A DNA stretch of 61,538 bases, the filler included, from Choristocarpus tenellus KU-1152 (taxonomy: Eukaryota > Protista > Phaeophyceae), in the NCBI GenBank assembly GCA_964200185.2. It is 14 parts of 14 records of this genome, joined end to end, with 100 filler letters (N's around TTAATTAATTAA, not from the genome) between each part and the next. Parts side by side here need not be neighbours in the genome. Positions count along the whole stretch, not along the records: positions 1 to 3,167 come from CAXNAD020021820.1; positions 3,268 to 6,579 come from CAXNAD020020883.1; positions 6,680 to 11,125 come from CAXNAD020014514.1; positions 11,226 to 14,415 come from CAXNAD020021665.1; 10 more parts are not named here. The stretch is one strand, 5' to 3'. Positions 1 to 14,515 of the stretch are shown here, piece after piece (the stretch's first letter is position 1; each line of letters starts with the position of its first letter). A program made the translations under genes and the position numbers. The notes under the pieces were generated by a model that was given only the letters and a program-made list of their open reading frames with translations, was not told where the DNA came from and did not search any database.

Positions 1-1777
1 CCAAAAAGGACCCCCTGGTTTACACCCCCCCCCCCCCCCCAAAGATACTCTGAGCCTGATTTCATAACATATTTTTCCCCTTCCCTTGTTGAAGACTATA
101 CCAGGCACACACTCCAAACCTAGATCTATGCAATGGTGGGTCGTAATACAGTGGTCTTCCTCCAACAAGCAACCCAACTCTATACCATTGATGACTGATT
201 GTCTGCCTTCAAGGCAGATTCTGCTGTCTTCACCTGACCCTTCACCTTCCTTGCCATCAACCTCCACACACGAAGGGCATATTCTGAGGATGGGTCAACG
301 TCAACTTGTGTAGGAACCCACTCTCGCCCTCTTTGGAGTACCTGGGGACATCATGTCTTTCTATGCGTTCCTAGATATGTTTTAGTGGTTTGTGTTGTTG
401 TTTGTATGCCTGTGTTTGCCCTTCTCTCCTACAAACACTCCAGGGGAGAAAGTAATAAGTGAATAATCAGTCCCATGATTTTCGGTTTCGAATATACTGC
501 GATTTAATCGAATCGGACTGATTGACTCGCTACGATTCACAACACTACATATATAATATTTTTAAACGCCTCGCAAGATGTGCAAAACCCCTTGTTTTGT
601 TCTTTTTTTATTTTATATGATCTAGTCTGTTAATGCAAAGCGCATGTACACAACGTCCGCAAGCCTGCTGTTCGCGTGTCTGGAAGTATATTCACGCGTG
701 TATTACGTAGGTAAGAAAAAAAGGTGACTTTGCTACTTAACATGTAAGTATGAAGGACTTGATTGATGAAATCTTGTATACATCATAATCGATTGATGCA
801 TATCATACAATAATCCTCATTTTTTTTTGCAAATGTAGTCATCAGAGGGGGGTAGAAACAACATACAACAATTCAACAAAGACTCAGAACTCATTGTGTA
901 GTTTTATTAATATAGTGGTACCAGTAGCTTCGCCCTCTGGGGTTGTTCCGTCATAACTTTTGGTGCAGACATCGGACTAAAAAAATAAAAGCATATTCGT
1001 GATGCCCGTCATAATGCCCTCCGGAGTAAGGGCTTCGCTTTTTCTTTGCCATTTTTTTCTATTTTTGAAGAAAGATCGGTCATATTGAGGTTCGAACCAT
1101 GGATTGTAGGTCACCAGGAGTGGCAACAGATACACTATTACTTGATTAAAGTATAGGTTTTAGACAGGAAAAAAGCCCCCTAACCCTTTCTTCCTGTGTG
1201 TTCGCGCACCCACTCTTTGAACTCGGTAAGGATGTCCTGGTCGAGGCCCATAACGAAACGCCTGTTGTCGCACCCTTGCTCCGACACCTTGACGTGGCCC
1301 TTAGTTAGGAAGTGTCCCTCTCAACTGTTTGTTCTCCACCTTCTCGCTCCTCACTGAAGTCTCGGTTGGAGCGTGGCCTGCTGGAATGAATATAGCTACA
1401 TTAGATGTGCCTATCAGGAGGATCACAACGTTCATGGACTAGGTGCCGATGCATTCTACCATCAGGTTTTCTTACTTGGCAGTATAATTCTTCGCTGCCA
1501 ATGCGCAACCTAATATCTTTATTTGACACCCACGGAAAGTTTGCAGATATTGTAATGGGGACAAGAAGTAGCAACTAAAGCAGAGCTTACAACAAACACA
1601 ATAGTCCACAACAGAGTCTGTATTGTCCCGAACACTGTGCAGTGCCAAGGGAGAAGGATGGTGAATGGACCGCTGCTCACACCCTACAACTCGGAGCAAG
1701 GAGGTCATAATCTCCACTTGGAATGCCCATACGATGTCAATGATTGGTGTGAATGACATAGGACATGGTGACACATC

Positions 1778-2244
1778 TGTGGACAATAGTGTTGCTGGTA
1801 CTCTATGAACACTATTGGTGGAGTAGACAGTAGGATGTAGGGCCAGTGATGAGTTAACAAAAATACGATATCATTGTGTTGTCAGAACATTCTTTTCGTT
1901 TACTCTTGATGTGTCACATCATGTACCAGACGTGTTCGATTGATTGATGTTCACATGCTTAGTTAGTTGTAGGTATAGTTGCCATACTGAAGACAAGTAA
2001 ATAGTTAATCCATAGGCAGTGTGGATCATTACAAACCCTACACTAACGGAACAGTAACGGGTCCTGCTAATTGTGATTCAGTCAAAGGAAGGGAGCGGAC
2101 AAACCCTTGTAACACTAATACTACATATTCACACTAACTCACATACTTGTCCTCTTCCATAGGCACATCATACACCATCTCAACCGTGGGTCCGGCGTGG
2201 AATACTTTAACATGATACCCTTCTCCCGCGGATCACATCTAACA
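1778..2244 (+). mobile_element. Diverged solo LTR-like repeat, related to the LTR at 20376-20790
   Basis: Starts TGT and ends AACA. The 5' part (tgtggacaatagtgttgctgg...ggtggagtaga) and 3' part (catctcaaccgtgggtccggcgtggaatactttaaca) resemble 20376-20425 and 20753-20790. No TSD is evident. Confidence 0.55.
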
Positions 2245-3299
2245 GATATAATGTTTTTGAAGTCCATGAGACAAGGCGAGTTGTCCACCACAAAGTTGTG
2301 AAGAAAATTGCAGTGGTGGGTAGGTACGTCGTGTGCTGCAATGGAGACAATAATAGCACAGGACTATGGCCAGATACAAAGGGGTGGGGATAGGTGTCAC
2401 ATCATACCGTCCCTGCTCCTCCATGTCTCTGTAGTCGTTTGAAGATATGGATTTTTTTTTTCGTCAGAATGGCTCTATGCGTAGATTTTGAAGATAACAG
2501 GTGGATCTCTATCTTGCGTTTTAGGGCATGTCGGTTATCACAACATCATTGTCATATGTTATATATCGTCGTGTCGCTTGATGATTCTTGTCATGAATCC
2601 TGGATGCCAGTGGAGAGTCTTCAGTGAGACCGAGTCCATGGAATCTCTTCAAGAGACCAGTCTCACAGGCGGTGGACTTCTCTTCATTCAGAAATATCAA
2701 GGATTACATTCTTTGACATTGGTGATACCTACCCAGCCAAATCGATTTTTTGAGGGGTCCCTGGAGTCGAGCGACTAGTAGGTGCGCGTAAAAAAAATAT
2801 ATTCCTGCCCACCAAAACACAAAAAAGACGTCCCTGCGCAAATTAAAGAGCTGAGCTCAGCTTTGGAAAAAATGACCCCAAGTATTGTCCAGGATACCAA
2901 ACGTTATGATAGACGATTTGTGTGAGCACAACTAAGTTATACTTTTTCTTTTTTCTTCTTTCTTCTGACAAGTTCTTAAATTGATCACTATTTCCGTGTC
3001 AAAATAATCAGACTATTGAGCGACACCACAGAAGAAGGGGTCGATTTTGACCCTTTTTCAAATCGAGGTCTTTTTCGAACCCTTGTCCAATACAGTACCT
3101 ACCCCGATTTTGTGCACCCATGGGCATGCCCGAAAAAAGCGGCACAGAATTTATATGGTACAATATCNNNNNNNNNNNNNNNNNNNNNNNNNNNNNNNNN
3201 NNNNNNNNNNNTTAATTAATTAANNNNNNNNNNNNNNNNNNNNNNNNNNNNNNNNNNNNNNNNNNNNGTGGGGGGGGGGGGGGGGTCGTGGGCTCCGCG

Positions 3300-3343
<44 letters not shown>

Positions 3344-4429
3344 AGATGCTTTGAATCAATGTGTGACTAGATTAAACAATCAGGAAAAACAAGAACATCA
3401 GTTGCCGGCTTAAGGTCGTCTCTTCTTTTTCTACTTGATCCTCCTAAAGCACTATCCTCAGTACCAACCTCACTCTCTCTATTTCTTTTGCTGGACTAAA
3501 CAATGGCACCAAGGCTGTTTCTCCTGATACCACCGCAGTGTCGAGTGTGATGACCCCCAGGCCAGACAGTGTATCTCCAGACCTACCGATTATTGACGTC
3601 TTGCACCAGGTGAGGGGGAAAGTTCATTCTTGCTGGGGGATGGGTAACATGTGCTTGAATCTATTGACTCTTTCTTGTTGTTGGAACACCTCTACCTCTT
3701 GTGTTACAGGCTTTCCTCGCATGATGCACCCTTCTTCCTTACACTTCATGCAGGGTGACCTTTCCAACCTACCTGTGGATTTCCCTTTGGCAAAAACCAC
3801 CATGAAGCATCTCTTTTGTTACTGTCCAATCTATCGCTGAAGATGAGAGGAGTGTCTCATGGGTGTTACATGCACAGTGGTTTTTGTCACCATACCTGTA
3901 CATTTGAGTTCAAAAATCGCTCTTAATTGTTTTCACCTTCACCTTCATCTTCAATTTGAGTAATATGTTGTGCATTAGCTCTTTTTTACTAGATGGGCTC
4001 TTTTTCCGTTTCTTATTGAAGGGAGGGAGTTCACAAGCATCAAATAGGATATCTTCGTCTGCCTACTGTGGAGACACTGTTAGCAATCATAACATTCATT
4101 GTTAGGGTTAGGGAATGTCTTGGGGCTACAACAACAAAACCGTGTGGCGTAGGTGTTTCCGGCCATACTCTTGGGACATAATCTTGGGACAAGGAAAAGA
4201 GCAAAAAAGGTTGTGTCGAGATATACGCATTATGCTATGAAGAATATAGTGTGGTGTAGTAGGGGTCTTCCTGATTGGTGCCATGAACACATCCATCACC
4301 ACAATCATGTTGGTCCTAACGTGATCCTAACGTGCTAGTGATCACACCTACCGGTGTGTGATTTCCTGTGAAATGGTGTGTAATGATGGAATGGGGTGGG
4401 GGTGGTTCCCTTTCGATGTGTAACTGCAG

Positions 4430-4971
4430 ATGCACGAAAACCGGTACCTGCACCTTCCTGTGGTGGATGAGACCAGTGGTGCTGTGGTGGGCCTGGTGGA
4501 AGTGATGGAAGTCATCAATGCTGTTGTGGGAGAGGAGGGAAGTTCTGGGTGAGTGATTTTGTAAGAAAGGTATTTGGTGACAACGTATGTATAGTGTATG
4601 AGGTTTGTATCAAACCTCCTGTCTAAGGTCAGGTGCTCTGACCATGACTCTTTGAACTCTGGTTTAGGCATTTTCTACCCTCCCTCCCTCCCTCCCTCCC
4701 TCCCTCCCTCCCTCCCTCCCTCTCTTGCTTGCTTGCTTGCTTGCCATGACGTATCATCCTGTAATGCAACAAAAGTATTTTTGGAGATTGTTCATCCCTC
4801 TCGCCACCTCTGCACTTTTCTCTTAATTCCTGGCCCACAACAGGAAATACTCTATCACTCCCACACTACTACTCTACTACTCTACTAGTTACAGAAGAGG
4901 TCGATTGCACAAAGAGCCTAGTGATACACGCACTCCTTCAAAGTAAACACTACCGACTGTGTAGATGCGCA

Positions 4972-5027
<56 letters not shown>

Positions 5028-5507
5028 CTCTCAAATCAAATATGCTTCCAATCACACCCTCAGGTGCCATGTTCCCAATACCCATATACATCTCACCGCG
5101 TCCGACCTCATTTTCCTGCCTCTGCGTTCATCACTAGGTGGGATACATTCTTTGGCTCTGCGATGGATGTCTTTGATGACTTCTCGGACTCGATGTCAGA
5201 GGGCTCTCACAGGTCGCGTCGATCACGAAGGTCTTCGGCAAGGTCGGCAAGGCCACCGCCTGACGCATTCCTTGCATCGGCACAGAAGGAGCTAATGCCG
5301 AAAACGGCCCATGTGAAGGGGGCACCCATGTTGAGGAACAACTTCCTCCAACAAGACATGAGGGGGATGATCAGTAATCCCGTGATGGCGAGAGTGGCTG
5401 GAGCGGGACCGCGTTTTGGTGAGGAGAACATGGACGGGGTTTCAGATGTTCTGAGCAGGGATGTGGGATCTGAGCTGGAGGGAGGGGATGTCCTCTTTGT
5501 GTACAAG
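4430..5507 (+). CDS. CBS-domain/PB1-domain protein (CBSCBSPB/Mug70-like), internal exons 4430-4548 and 5138-5507, partial
   Basis: Spliced product is MHENRYLHLPVVDETSGAVVGLVEVMEVINAVVGEEGSS-G-WDTFFGSAMD...DVLFVYK. This shows the CBS 'HLPVVD...VG' motif, a linker and a PB1-like start. The GT-AG intron has matching phase 2. Confidence 0.85.
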
Positions 5508-6827
5508 GTGAGAGAGCATGGCACAGCAAGCAGAATTTTTAGAGCTGTGGAGTGGTTGAAATCCAGCGACTGTAGCTCAATAACAATTATATTGTTATTG
5601 GGTATTATAATATTATCCATTGTCAATCCTGCCGGAACTGGCAAGGACGTTGGTGTTGTGTTAGGGTTGTTGTGTGGAGTCATCTTGCACAGTTAGAGGG
5701 GTGGGAGGGGGCATTCAGTGCAGTGCTGCAAAGGGTCAATCGATACTCCTGAGTGTGTAGGATGAGCTCAACCAGCGGCAATGTTTCCCACTACCTTTGA
5801 TGTTTCTGTGGTGTGATACGGTGTTCTGGTATTATGGAAATTTTGAATTTAGGGATATGCCACTGCCTGTTGAGCAGCACAGACAAAGCAGTGAACACGT
5901 ATGGGTGTCCACTCTTTTTATGAAAGGATTTTTACCACCTACTGGCCTTTGTTCTTGTTTGATGATGTGCATTTTGTGTGTGTGTGTGTGTGTCATAGAT
6001 GTATGCACACACAGACAAGCATATGCCTCTTTCATACTTGTATGTTTGTATCAGTTAGAAGTATTAGAAACAATGGAGAGAGTGGAGGGACCCCCGATAT
6101 TTTATATCATCCTTGCTATGCAAGAATAAGCGTTCTAATTCTTTGCGGCAGCCTCGACTCTAGAACTTGTGATCACGACGACTACTTGAAAGTTCGAGCC
6201 TTGCTGTGAAGCAAGGCAGGGTTGTTTAAATCGCCCCAAGCAACCTCTTTTCCAGGAGCTGTATCGAGTGTTGCACGCAATTTTTAGACGCACGAATCTT
6301 GTGCCCTGCAAGAAAAAACGATGTTCCTCCCTTTTGTTGTCTCTCCCCCCCCCTTGTTATCTGGGTGATACTGCTTCTACAAAATAGTAATGTCATGGAA
6401 CATACAAAAAGGGGAAAAAAAAGGTTGGGGTTTTTTTAAGTGGAATCTTGAGTGACTGCCATTCCTCTTCACTTTGCATGTGTGCATGCTTCAGGGGGGG
6501 GGGGGGGGGGGGTGGGCTTTTTTTTTCAGCAGGGTTAAAACGGTAAAAAAAATGTTTTTCTTTTTCGTACCGTACTCTTNNNNNNNNNNNNNNNNNNNNN
6601 NNNNNNNNNNNNNNNNNNNNNNNTTAATTAATTAANNNNNNNNNNNNNNNNNNNNNNNNNNNNNNNNNNNNNNNNNNNNATTACATCAAAATCGCAACAT
6701 TGGATTTTGACTCCCAAATGGACACGGCTCTACCCTCTAAGATACTTTGACTCCGGTGTGTTGTGAGGTGGAACAGGGCGAGACTCCGGCATGGTATGAT
6801 GGACAGGATAGAGATGAAAGGATCAGA

Positions 6828-6880
6828 GAGGTGTAGGTAAGGGTTTAGGTAAGGGTGTAGGTAAGGGTGTAGGTAAGGGT
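6828..6880. repeat. 12-bp tandem repeat (GGTGTAGGTAAG) x ~4
   Basis: Read directly from the sequence. Confidence 0.85.
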
Positions 6881-7776
6881 TCAAATTACTGCGGTTTGTC
6901 GATTTTCGCAAAAAATCGGACACTACAGCTGGCATATTATGGGGTTGGCGGCAGGTTGGTATGACAGTGCAAGGGGAGTAATCCTAACCCTATGTAGAAC
7001 AAGCCAAACAATCGACCTGTAGTATCCTAGAGGGGAGTCGGGCGTCAATTCGGGGCCTGTGCAACCCTGTAGTGATTTTCATGTTGTTTGAGTGAACATG
7101 TCAGACTTGAGAGCAGTTTCCTTCATCTCATTGCACCTTCCCTTTTTAAACCCCACCCGCCAGGACTTAACTGAAATAGAATCACCTGAAGAAGGGGCAT
7201 CAAACTGGGGTATCTTACAACACCTGATAAAGCCACGAATTGACAATTTTGTCTAAACACCCCCCCCTATGTAGGAGACTATGATCCAATCACCATACAG
7301 TACATTATTGCTTTCTACCAGCATACTGTTAATAGTCCCTTCCAAAGTAATTCCGTACAGCCAGCTGAAATCACCATTTTCAGCTCACTAGTAAAGGGGA
7401 ACACCCCCCACTGTGTAAATTTATCTGGTAGGGTGTTTACTCTGCTAAACAGATTCCAACTTGTGCACACCAAGTACTGCACCTGGGTAACCTTGGCTTG
7501 GCCGTAAATTTGCTGAACAGTTTATGGAGGTGTTCGTTGCTTCATTCTTGGGACAAGGCAGCTCGTTTATCAGTGCATGATACAATGTACAGTGACGGAT
7601 GGAGCGCATCTATTTTGTATACCTCATATTGTATTTCTTGAATTTCTATTCTATACTTCTCTGTAGTACTTGCTTTGTTGAAGTATTGCATTCCTTACAC
7701 ATCGAATTTTGCAATAGTACCACATATATATATATTATTCCAGAATAATATTGAAGGGATCAGCTGCTTCACTCAC

Positions 7777-9929
7777 TGTCTCAAATAGTCGAATGAGGTG
7801 TGCATGGCTGAGCCTTTCCATTAGCTTGATCTCCTGAGTTATCCTTTTCCATTGTTGCGGATCCTGTCACAGTTGAAGGGACACAGGTGTTTTAGGATAC
7901 CGATCGCAGTTCATCCTCTCGCGGTAAGGCCCAGCTCGTGGGATGATGAAGTTTGGCACCATGCGGTCGAACTTTCTAGCTTCGAGACTGACATAAGGGA
8001 CAGGTGTCACATCCCCTTCCACCCACAAAGAAGTCTACTCGCTGTTCTACGTTGCTGTGGAGCACCAACCCTAAGACGCTCTGTATCCTCTGCAAAGCGT
8101 ACACCAAACTTTTTAACATATGCGCTGCAGTTCCATTTCGGTTGCCCCAAAGAGAAAAGGTCGGAATAATAAAACAAATTTAATTTCGATCTCAAAGGAC
8201 TATTCAACTTGTTGACTCGTATGATCGTCTCAGGGTGCACTGAATCACGATCAGAGCAATAGGAAAGGAGGTTTTAAGGACTGATGAAGTACTCCAGGCA
8301 TCGTTTGAGCGAATCTAAGAGTGGTCATCGAAGAACTTAAGGCAGTGTCCTTACCACATAGGGTCCTTGATCGGATCACAGTTGCTGAAGTCTAAAACTG
8401 ATGTCAAGACCTGTTGTCCACAGCGGTACTGTCTGCAAGTGGCTGCTTCATTAGTATCCCACTCCTAACTACACCAGTCCCACCTAGAGTGTTTGTCTTG
8501 AACTATTCAGTGTGTCCTTTTTCCACACACCGGTTATTGACTGCAGTATAGTCTTACGCAAAATCGTTTGCGGTACTCCATCAAGATACTTTATGACAAA
8601 ATTTGTGCTGTCAAGACTCAAGCCTGGCGTGATATAGTGGGCATGTATGTCCCAGACAGGCAGGCAAATTTGTCTTCCCTCTGTGCCTTGCATTCTCGTT
8701 CTCTTTTGAAGAACCCAGGCAAGAAATACAGGGTGCTATTGTCCCCACACCATGTTTGGTTTCATTACACTAAGAATAGGAGTGGGAGAAGCATGGTACT
8801 ATCTTGACCATAAAAGGGACAGTCAGCAACTGATTCAAGAATTGGTTCAAATAAGGTACAGTATCCAATAGGGGCTACTCTGTCTCCAAAGAAAAATGCT
8901 GGGAAGCAAACCTTTTCAAGGTTTCAGAGGAAACACTACTGTGAAAGTCAGAGACCCTACTTATAGACGTTTTGCATTGGCTTGCCTTGATGTTGGACTT
9001 TTCGTATGTCTTCACAGCCACCTGCTGTCCTGTCAGCTTATGCCAGGCGCTTCGCACCTGGGTATGAGAAGATTTGATGTGATTGGGCGATGCTTGTGTC
9101 AATGGTGGAGGAGGAGCCGGTCTTGGGCGATGGTGTTGATGATCTGAATGTTGTGATAGAATGTGGAAAATCGAGAGGATGAGGGCAGGTTTCGATGCGG
9201 TATCGATTATCCGAACATTAAATCATTAACCACAAATAATCAATAAAGGTAGGTTTAAGGGCCAAATTGACTGAGAGTTGAGTCAGCAAAAGCCCGAGAA
9301 TAGTGAGGATGAGACAGCAAGGTGATGATACAACATGTCAGACGCAAAGGGATGTTATTGTTAAGAATTTCGACCTATCCGTGCGACGAATTCGACCTTA
9401 CAGATGATTACTTCACCACCATTGTAAGGCTTTTTTGTGAGGTAAAACAACCTCTATATGTGTCCATGTAGTCAGAAGAAAAAAACGGGCTCCACGAAAA
9501 AGTCAAAAACTCTGACACTGGAAAAATCTGGGAGTTCTTGGGGAGGGAGAACAATGTGGAAGGGACATCGTGCTACGTAAGACGTGGGACCTGTTGTATG
9601 TCTTGTTTCAAAGATCTGCGATAGAACACTCTGGAGGACAGCAAAGTGGAAAGAGCTTCCTTTTCATTCTCTTTCTCATTGAGGAGGGAACTTCTGGATA
9701 CATTTGCATCACAAAACTATCCATTGATAGGGTCTTTTTCACTGAGCAAAAAAAATCAACGGCCAGGCAGTTCTGGGGAAGCAGCTCGAACACTCCGCAT
9801 CCTTAAGCATCATGGACCTACCTTGGCAAACGATCCCTCTCCAATAACCTTGCCCATGCGATAGAACTCAAGACTGCTCCGTGAACTCTCTTGCAGATCT
9901 AACATGAGGCGCTGGAGGTAGTGCCTTTC
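7777..9929 (-). CDS. Ser/Thr protein kinase (CAMK/AMPK-MARK-like), exons 9929-9822, 9057-8986, 7863-7777, partial
   Basis: Spliced product is ERHYLQRLMLDLQESSRSSLEFYRMGKVIGEGSFAK|VRSAWHKLTGQQVAVKTYEKSNIK|DPQQWKRITQEIKLMERLSHAHLIRLFET. It has the Gly loop GEGSFAKV, the VAVK lysine and the alpha-C glutamate. Both introns are phase 0, and the second has a GC donor. Confidence 0.92.
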
Positions 9930-10935
9930 CTGAACATAGTGCAGTGATTTAGGTGGCAAATTGCTTCAGGGGAGGACTCGTTTGGTCTGCAGAGGTTTGG
10001 TTCCTTTTCGGTAGATGAAAAATAGAACCTCTTTGCAGGGCCTTGTCACAGTGTGACGAGGCTTATGAGGACGCTGAGCACTCGCCCATTACAATTCCCT
10101 CAGTACTTTGTGTGTGTTCTTTGCGAGTTTGTTGGCATCATCAATAAGAAGCAACTTCACGATTTAATATTGTGTTGATGAACATTTCAAGGCAAAAACA
10201 CAACACTCGCTGTCAATTGCTCCGCTTGTACAGAACCCCCGTCAGTCTGGTTTCAGTCTAGCCTCCTTTGTTGTGTACCCTCCATACATCGTGATCTGGA
10301 CATCTCTCCAGGTTTTATCAAGGAGATTGTACTCAAACACGGTACAAACACAAGCAGAGCAATAGCATCACTTCTTGGACCAGCCTCAACTGTCATTTGG
10401 TTGTCTCCTTGTCCTGTTTGTCATAGGCACTACTTATTATCAAGGCCAGATGTCTCATTACAAACCACGCCGTCAGTCAACCTGTTTATTGTGAGCACTG
10501 TGCTCTCGACTACTCTGTAGTGTGTTCCTTCCCAGCCTAGCCCTGGTCCACACCCTTGCTACATCCCTCAGATCACATTGAAGGCATCAGAAGTCTCATG
10601 TGCTTGTTCTGATTTGTACTCCAAATGCATATTTACCCTTCCATGATTTTTCTCTCCAGAGAGTCGAAGTGAACGATAAATACCCAGGTTTTTTTTATCA
10701 TTTTTTCATTCTAAGCCGCTTTTTTCATCATGGGCAAGCCGTCCTTACTACTTCTATGGATGACGTGCTACAAGTTAAACTCAATAGCGTAGGTTTCTCC
10801 ATTGTTCATTTTTTTTTTTAAGAATTCAAGAAAATTCCCCACAAGCATATGAACAAACAGCCAAATTGTGCACACATTTTGCAATCATCCTTGAAATGAA
10901 GCCCTGGGTACCTCTTGCAATATAAATGTGTGTAT

Positions 10936-11112
10936 GGCTTAAAGTATCTGGGGGAAGGTGGCAACTGTCCATTTGGGGTTCAGTTCTCCATGTAGCATTT
11001 TTTGCGTGATTTGGTTGCATGCGTCAAATGGATAATGTAGGTGCACTTTCCTGGTCAGGGCCTGAATGGACACCCTGGTGTAGACCCCCCCCCCCCACAG
11101 ATACTTTCAGTC
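10936..11112. mobile_element. Short MITE (type B, ~177 bp), complete
   Basis: TIRs are GGCTTAAAGTATCTG...CAGATACTTTCAGTC and the flanks are GTAT/ATAT. It is homologous, in reverse orientation, to 30015-30193 and 34708-34873. Confidence 0.8.
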
Positions 11113-12949
11113 ATATGTATATATCNNNNNNNNNNNNNNNNNNNNNNNNNNNNNNNNNNNNNNNNNNNNTTAATTAATTAANNNNNNNNNNNNNNNNNNN
11201 NNNNNNNNNNNNNNNNNNNNNNNNNAAAAGAAAAGAAAAAAAACATTTTTCCAACAAAAACACTCTTTTCCAAGAAAAAGAAACCCCTAACCCCCCCCCC
11301 CCCCCCCCTTGTTCCCCCCCCTACCATCAAAAGATGGTTCCTAGATGGTCTCAGGAGCCACATATACATGAATGCTCATGGGACCATTCAATAGGCAGAA
11401 GAAAACGATCTGTCTAAAATAAGTTCGCACATGTAATCCAACAAAAAATTAGGACGACTCAAGCCAAATATATTCATCCGGCAAAGGGGTAATCACTTCC
11501 TAGAACCATTCAAGGGCTGTTGAAATTCTTACTGGGACAGAGGCTAGAGACCTCCTTTGATAGAGTGTCGTCATCAGAGGTGCAAATGTCAGAGTCTGAA
11601 ACAATTACTGTATTCTCCTGTACAAACACCACACCCTCGCCTTCTAAAAAAAATTGATTGTGCATTCGAAGTGGTCATGCTATAAGCGGAACAACTTGCT
11701 TTTACACGTTCGTCCTACAATACGCAGTCACGCTCTCGGAAAAAGAAATGCCTCCCCAAGTCTGTTGGAACTCTTTGCACCTGGACTCTCAAGGCATAGG
11801 GAAACAATTGGTTGAAAGTCAGAGGTGTAAGAATGGCAGGGTGTGCGGTCTTTGCCGGAGGTACGGTGCCGCTCTTGTGAGAAAAAAATATTAAGCTATT
11901 AGGGTATACCCTACACCGTCGGCTGTGTAGCTTAGACTGCCGTACCAACCTGCCATCCTCTCCACATCACATTTTTGCCGAAAGACAACCTCCGATTCCT
12001 TAACAGTGAGAAAATTGGCACACTGTTGCACTTTGGAGAAATGCTTTTTCATCCCCCACTGTGCGTTTGTGAATCATTTGAAGATGCAACTTCAAGATGC
12101 AATCGAATTGCCTGCAGGTCACATTCAGCCATGATCATGGGATCGTTTCCCCTCTGGTTTAGGGGGAGATAATTGTGAGCATGAGCACTTCTCTTGCGTC
12201 TTCAGCAGGTACCTTTTCCTCTTGATGCCTAACCACTGTAATGAAGCACATTCCAGTGGCTACCAACAGTGCAATCACATTCTGATTGCACTTCGGCATG
12301 GGAAAGGGTAAGAAAGAATCTTCTCAACGTCTCAAGTTGACCAGTGCAAAGACTTCTTCTAATGGAATGTTGCCTCTTTTGTTCCCCTGTTCTTTATCAG
12401 GAAAAAGAAACCAGGGCCAACAAGGGTTTAGATATACTTCCCTCAAGTACCTGTTCTTAAAATGGATTAATACTTTATCACTCGAAGATTCAAAAAAATA
12501 ATAGAAAAAATTGAGTCTTACAAGTCCTCCTTGCTTGGGTAGTGACTTCAAATCCACAGCACAACGCTTCTTCTTTCGACTATCTCGATTCGTCTTTCTT
12601 TCCCCCAGGTTTGCTGGAGTGTGAGAAGGGCACAACTAACAGTGCCAAGGCAAAAACCTGACAACGCCTTCAAATTAATAAATTAATTTGACTTCCTAAC
12701 CATGTTTAGGAGAGAAAAGCAAATCATTAGTTCTGGGTATTAATTTTGCATGACAAGAGAAAACTCGCGTACACTTGGCTGACCGTAATGTGAGTCTACA
12801 GTGCCCCAATCGGTCTATGGCAAGTAGTCCCACACAGCGAGGTCGAGCATGTGATGCGACGAGGGTTCTTGTCAAGAGGATGCCTGTAACATTGATGACC
12901 GCCTAGGTATATCGATAACATATCAGACGGGCGAATACGAGGCGACGTA

Positions 12950-13401
12950 CCACAACGGCATTACCCCCGCACGTTTGCCAGGTTGCTGAACCTTTACTTT
13001 TTATCAGAGAGAGGAGTTGAAATAAACTGCACTTCATGCTCTGAATCAAGGGGAAAAGCTCATGAACAGTACTGGATAGGATATGAGGGCGAAAATACAT
13101 AGAATCTCACCCCAGTAAATACATCATACACATCTTCTGTACTACATCCCATGAGATTCGCCATCTCTCTTCTATTTACCTCTCGACAACAAAGTCGCGA
13201 AATCTTTAGTTGTGGTAATATCGTTGTGTCGCTAGCATACCTCCCATGGGCGGGCAAAGCAAACAGTAGTGGGGTGTGGGCGGCTCTAAACGACCCGAAC
13301 CGAACGAATCGAGACCAGCACTCACCCTCGGCCTTAGATTCCACATCTTTCCCACTCGCAGCATTTCCATGGGAAGAGACAGGTTTGATGTCCGACATTG
13401 T
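12950..13401 (-). CDS. Possible 5' exons of a hypothetical protein (MSDIKPVSSHGNAASGKDVESKAE...)
   Basis: An ATG at about 13401 is followed by strong donors (G|GTGAGT near 13326, GG|GTGAGA near 13110). A phase-consistent splice is possible, but no domain is recognisable. Confidence 0.25.
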
Positions 13402-14046
13402 TTTCCTCTGAACAGAAGAGCACGGCACGAAACTCTCACCAACCCAAACCTCAAGTACGAACTGGAAAACAGGAAGACAAGGCTTTGACCGCCTTCTCGG
13501 ATTCTATACCCGCGCAATCTGAGGAGAGGGTATTTCTAGTGATGGAAACAAAGAAAGAAAGAACACTGCGTGAATTCCTTGGTGACTTATAAGTGCAATG
13601 TCGACCAACTACAACTATGCCTAACCAATTTGAAGATCTCACAGGAGCAGGGGCCAAACCTTACTCCAAACTATTTTTTTCTTCTATTTTTCAGTTGGAC
13701 AGGATATCTGCCGCGCGCAATACTACACATATTCGCGAGCAAAAGAGTGAGATAATATATTGTCGTGAAGTGAACGAAAAAGAGAAAAAGGTAGTTTCCG
13801 TCCATTTTTTTATATTTTTAGTATACTACCATCCATATCCTTCATATCTCCCATTATTCCTTGTTCCCTGTCTTCCTACTAACTTCATTCAAGTGAGGTG
13901 AGTTTGATGTTGAACTAGTTGGGTTTAGAGTTTTCGGTAGCAAATACTAACAGTGTTTCCTACTACTTTGTACCTACTATCAGTAGTAGTGTAGACTGAT
14001 CGATCATTTGATTATTCAAAAAAGTACATAGTAGCAAAAAGTGAGA

Positions 14047-14077
<31 letters not shown>

Positions 14078-14515
14078 TGCGATGATCAATCATTTATTTT
14101 CCACATACATCATCAGTGATACACAGTGCTTCAAGTACATGTTGTGAAGAAAAAGAGGTAACTTGTGGTCGGTTGTAGATTTCTAATTTTTTATCATATA
14201 CTACTCCAACCCATAACCATGGTTAGTTAGAAAGGTAATCAAAAAGACCAGAACACAATATGTGTTTATATAAATATGCGTGTCACATCCCATAAAAGGA
14301 AGACATTGGAACCATGTACAACATTATTAATAGTGTGAAACTGTGAATCGTGTGATTCTGTGGCGGCGTGGTTCACTCAGGCAAGGGTGGCGAAGAGAAT
14401 CACCGGGCAAGACGGNNNNNNNNNNNNNNNNNNNNNNNNNNNNNNNNNNNNNNNNNNNNTTAATTAATTAANNNNNNNNNNNNNNNNNNNNNNNNNNNNN
14501 NNNNNNNNNNNNNNN

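Noticed and set aside
3168-3267. Recurrent palindromic TTAATTAATTAA flanked by Ns as a biological repeat or CRISPR-like array
   Set aside because: It is a fixed 44N-12-44N artificial linker with stop codons in all six frames.
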